From positions 5,084,001 to 5,148,000 of the forward strand of contig CM035355.1 in NCBI GenBank assembly GCA_020137815.1: DNA of 64,000 nt. The letters run 5' to 3'. Within the stretch, counting starts at the first letter, position 1; each line of letters starts with the position of its first letter. A program made the position numbers and the translations under genes. The notes below the pieces were generated by a model that searched no databases, was not told the DNA's origin, and saw nothing but the letters and a program-made list of their open reading frames with translations. This DNA comes from Hormiphora californensis. Lineage: Eukaryota > Animalia > Ctenophora. Shown here piece after piece: positions 60,312 to 64,000 of this stretch.

Positions 60312-63300
60312 CTAACAGTTGACCCTATAACACCCAAGTACACCCCTAACACACTTACAATACCCACACTCGTATGGAACAGTAGCACCCTCCTGAATGA
60401 CCATCTTATCAGACAGGCATGTCTGCTGCACTGTCCACCCAGTCACACTATCACAAGACAGAGCCCCTGTCCCGCACTTGCACCCACCGATAGTCTGACC
60501 GGTAACCATGGAAACTCCATCAGAAAGATAACACGTGTACCCGCTCCTGCAGCTTAGTTTCCGATCAATGCACGTGCAGATTTTACCCCTCGTCTCCATC
60601 TCTTCTCCCTCCTCCAGCTCTACTTCTCCGACATAGCAGCCCGGGGAACATACTGGACCTGTCTCACTGTTGCACGTGCAGCGTCCTAGTCCAGGGATGA
60701 CACGTGACCCGCCTTGAGAGATAGCCACACTACCACCCTCTGGGGTTGTGAATTTACATGTGGTAGTAGTGGACTGTTCACACCTTAACCCACCCTCCAG
60801 ACACGTACAAAGGGAGGAACCTATGTAGGTGGACTGCCCGAGGGGGACTATCGTCCCTGAGGTAGTCCGACAAGTTACCTCTGTGTTACCACACACAAGT
60901 CCACCTGCCACACACTGACAATACTGTCCACTGTTGCTGACCTGTGATTGGCCCTCTGCCAGCACAGTTCCACCTACAAAACAGCTTCCTACTGGGTAGC
61001 ACAGCATGTTCCCAGAGTCCTGGCACTGACACCTCTGGTTGCCATCCACCAGCACCTGACCAACTGGAACATTATTACCACGGTAACTGCACGTGCGGGT
61101 AAAGGAGCAGATCAGTTGGGATCCCTTGCTACAGATACACGTGTAGAAGGATATAGTAGTTGTTTCTCCTTGGGCCAGTTGTGTTCCATCCTTCAAATCA
61201 CAGTAGTTGGTTGCCTGCTCCTGGCATGTTACAGCTCCGTCAGAAGAACAGAGACACTGTCTCCCTCTCTCATCAACACCCACACTGTCACCCACACCGT
61301 ACACAATGTCACCCACGGAGCATGTCACCATGGTGACTGCAGCGCAGATGAGTCTTCCACCAGCCTCACAGACACAGTCCCCAAACGGCTGGCCGACTGC
61401 CAAAACTCTATCATCAACACGACACCCCTGGGCAGTCACATCAGGATCTGGGCAGGATAGAGAACCAGATCTGCAGACGCAATCCCCATACTCCTGACCT
61501 TCTATCAACATCATATCTCCCCCAACTAGACATCCTTCAGTTCTTGGGCACGTGATAGCGCCATTCCTGCACGTGCAACCCTCGCTATCCATAGACCCCT
61601 CTGCCAAGATGACAGACCCCTGAAGACACCCTGTTTGTCTACAGACCATCTGACCTCCCCGCTCACAAACACAATCCCCAACCGTCTCTCCAGTTCTCCA
61701 TTGTCGTCCCTGGTAAAAACAAACCGTTACCTCACATGACATGTAAATGAGCTCACCCTCGACCACACAACTACATTTGGCACCAGTGTTAGCATCTGTC
61801 AGGGTGTCACCTTGGTACACCTGTCTACCTGAACCATCTCGCATAGACCCACAGGTCTCCCCTGTTACTCCTCCAATCAAACTTCCTTCTGCTCCTTCAT
61901 AAACACTTCCATCTGCTCCTTCATAATCTACTTCCCAAGATTCATTATAATCGTACACTCCAGCACAGAACACCGAACCCACATAGTTACAAGAGCATCT
62001 ATCGTTTATAGGTCCCTCGGGGTACATCCTACCCTCCCACTCACATTGAACCGTCTCTGAAGTACAGGTGAAATAACTACCTGTACTACCACACTTACAC
62101 CTCTTTCCATCTTGGGTCATGATCTCTTGGCCCATAATCACTTTCCTACCATCTTCCAACTCTCCACATGACGTCACTTCCTCTTTAGAGACACACTTGA
62201 CCTGCCCGCTCGCCAAACACTCACACTCATCACTGATCCTACCTTCCCCTACTAACCCTCCCCTCCACATACACCCCGCAGTGGTACTACAGGCCATTCT
62301 GGTACACACTAACCTCCCATTGTAGCATCTACACGTGTTACAATCCTCCATCCCTGTAGTGTCATGTGCTATAACATTACCATCTGAGAGGGTACAGGAC
62401 TGTAGCTCCTCGCAGACAACCCCACCCTGATCACGGCTGCACTGACATGATCTACCATCTGGCAATATTAGAGGTCCCTCTCCTTCAAATACTGACCTAC
62501 CGTCCTCTATTGTCCCACAGGAGAGCCTCCTCCTTGTCTCTCTACAGACCACCACACCATCCCTCCCACACTCACATACCCCATCTATCCGACCAACTGG
62601 AACTCTTCTACCCTGGTAGTTGCAGGACCCTTCACATGCCATCTTAGTACACAGGAGAGCCCCATTGAGGCACCTGCAGGTATTACAGTCATCCCTGGCT
62701 GTCATGCCGTTAGGAAGGGTAGTTCCATCTGACATGGTACATGAGGAGGAAATGGAAGAGGAGGAGGAGGAGGAGGATGAGGAGGAGGAACTGATAGAGG
62801 AACCACTACTACTACTCTTAGAGGAGCTAGAGCTACCACCAGAGTTGCTGGATGATATTTTGATGGTGGTTGTTTTACTTATGTCACTTTCCCCATCTCC
62901 TCCAAAAACCCTGCTTTGTGGGTTGCTTCCACCACCACCACTGCTGCTGCTCCATGACTGGGTCCATGTTGTTTTCCCATCTACGTTCTCCACAACTTTG
63001 GTATTACTGGCTCCCCAAGTAGATTTATCCCCTCCGTACATCCGACCTGATCCTTGGGAGTTTCCACTTTGGGAACTACTAGATTTAACCCATGTAGACT
63101 GAACTCCCTGAGTACTACCACTGTTACCATAGTTACCATAGTTACCACTGTTACCCCCACTACTACTGATTTTGTAACTCCAACTACCACCACTACTACC
63201 CGCCTTGCTACAGTCCACATCAGTACATTTAATCTGACCATTCAGACAGACACATACATTACACTCCTGTTTGTATTGCTCCCCACTCTGGATCACATTC

Positions 63301-64000
63301 CCAGAATCCGTGGTGCAGGTTCTCAGGTTCCTAGCCCGGGTCACATCACCACAGGTCTGCTGGCTGCAGATCAGGTTGCCTTGGTAACATGTACAGCTGT
63401 TACAGTCAACTTTGTATGTCTGTCCGTGGGTCATGGTCGATCCAGTTCTCCCGTCCACACAGGCACCAGTATTGGTGGAACTGTAATCGACAACCTGGAA
63501 TTTAATAGTTGTAGTGCGGGTATGTAGAGATCTGTAACCATGGTAACTAGAATTGTAACCATGGTACTAGATCTGTAACCATGGTAACTATAGTTGTAAC
63601 CATGGTACTAGATCTGTAACCATGGTAACTATAGTTGTAACCATGGTACTAGATCTGTAACCATGGTAACTATAGTTGTAACCATGGTACTAGATCTGTA
63701 ACCATGGTAACTATAGTTGTAACCATGGTACTAGATCTGTAACCATGGTAACTAAATAATGGCTTCTAAAAGAACTCACCTCATATCCATATGATGTATC
63801 AGAAAATTCCGAAGACTCTGCAGCACCAGTCTCCTCTACCTCCGATGTACTATCATACTCCATCCCCTGATTGGAACTATCATCTGAACTCTGACCTGTG
63901 TCTGACACAGCTGTACATGTTATCTCCCCACTGCTACACGTACACTGCTCCCCATTCGTCTGTGAAAAGGATCCCGATGGAATTCTAACTAGCCCAGCGT
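60312..64000 (-). CDS. Large Cys-rich protein with many vWC/pacifastin-like repeats, 5' end outside window
   Basis: Exons >64000-63780 and 63494-60312 (phase 0); repeated G..(D)CNxCxCxxGxxxC units and shorter CxCxxGxxxC units; Ser/Gly-rich linker; acidic upstream exon; no TM in the visible part. Confidence 0.88.
63528..63753. repeat. Tandem array of GTAACCATGGTA(AC) palindromic units filling an intron
   Basis: Alternating TAGATCTGTAACCATGGTAAC / TATAGTTGTAACCATGGTAC, about 11 units, in intron 63495-63779. Confidence 0.92.

Noticed and set aside
60948-63527. Plus-strand ORFs over the vWC gene (also 23699, 28502, 55514)
   Set aside because: Antisense shadows of real coding exons.

Overview
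Eukaryotic (animal) genomic DNA with short GT-AG introns, many (GA)n/(GTTT)n microsatellites and abundant non-autonomous TIR elements. The repeat content (a 109-bp CAGGAACCGACCG MITE and the GTTACCATGGTAAC palindrome) and an EFF-1/AFF-1-type gene suggest a ctenophore of the Pleurobrachia/Hormiphora group; this is inference from recall, not a search. Exons were assembled by hand with phase checks. Three long spliced genes: a GAP1-family RasGAP (C2-C2-RasGAP-PH-Btk; + strand, <1-25801), a PRKX-like kinase (- strand, 27621-34245) and an L27 + multi-PDZ scaffold (+ strand, 43291 to about 60002). Antisense nested genes lie in their introns: two paralogous small secreted Cys-rich proteins, an intronless EFF-1/AFF-1-like fusexin, and an ankyrin/coiled-coil protein ending in a NEURL4-type ADP-ribosyltransferase-like domain. 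An Ig-domain membrane protein and a large vWC/pacifastin-like repeat protein are also present. Most notable: (i) about ten splice junctions are tandemly duplicated, up to roughly 48 copies, often as units that read as complete GT...AG mini-introns; (ii) the nested fusexin; (iii) RFX X-box-like and CRE-like palindromes clustered just inside splice sites and inside coding sequence; (iv) a 5.5-kb nest of foldback elements.
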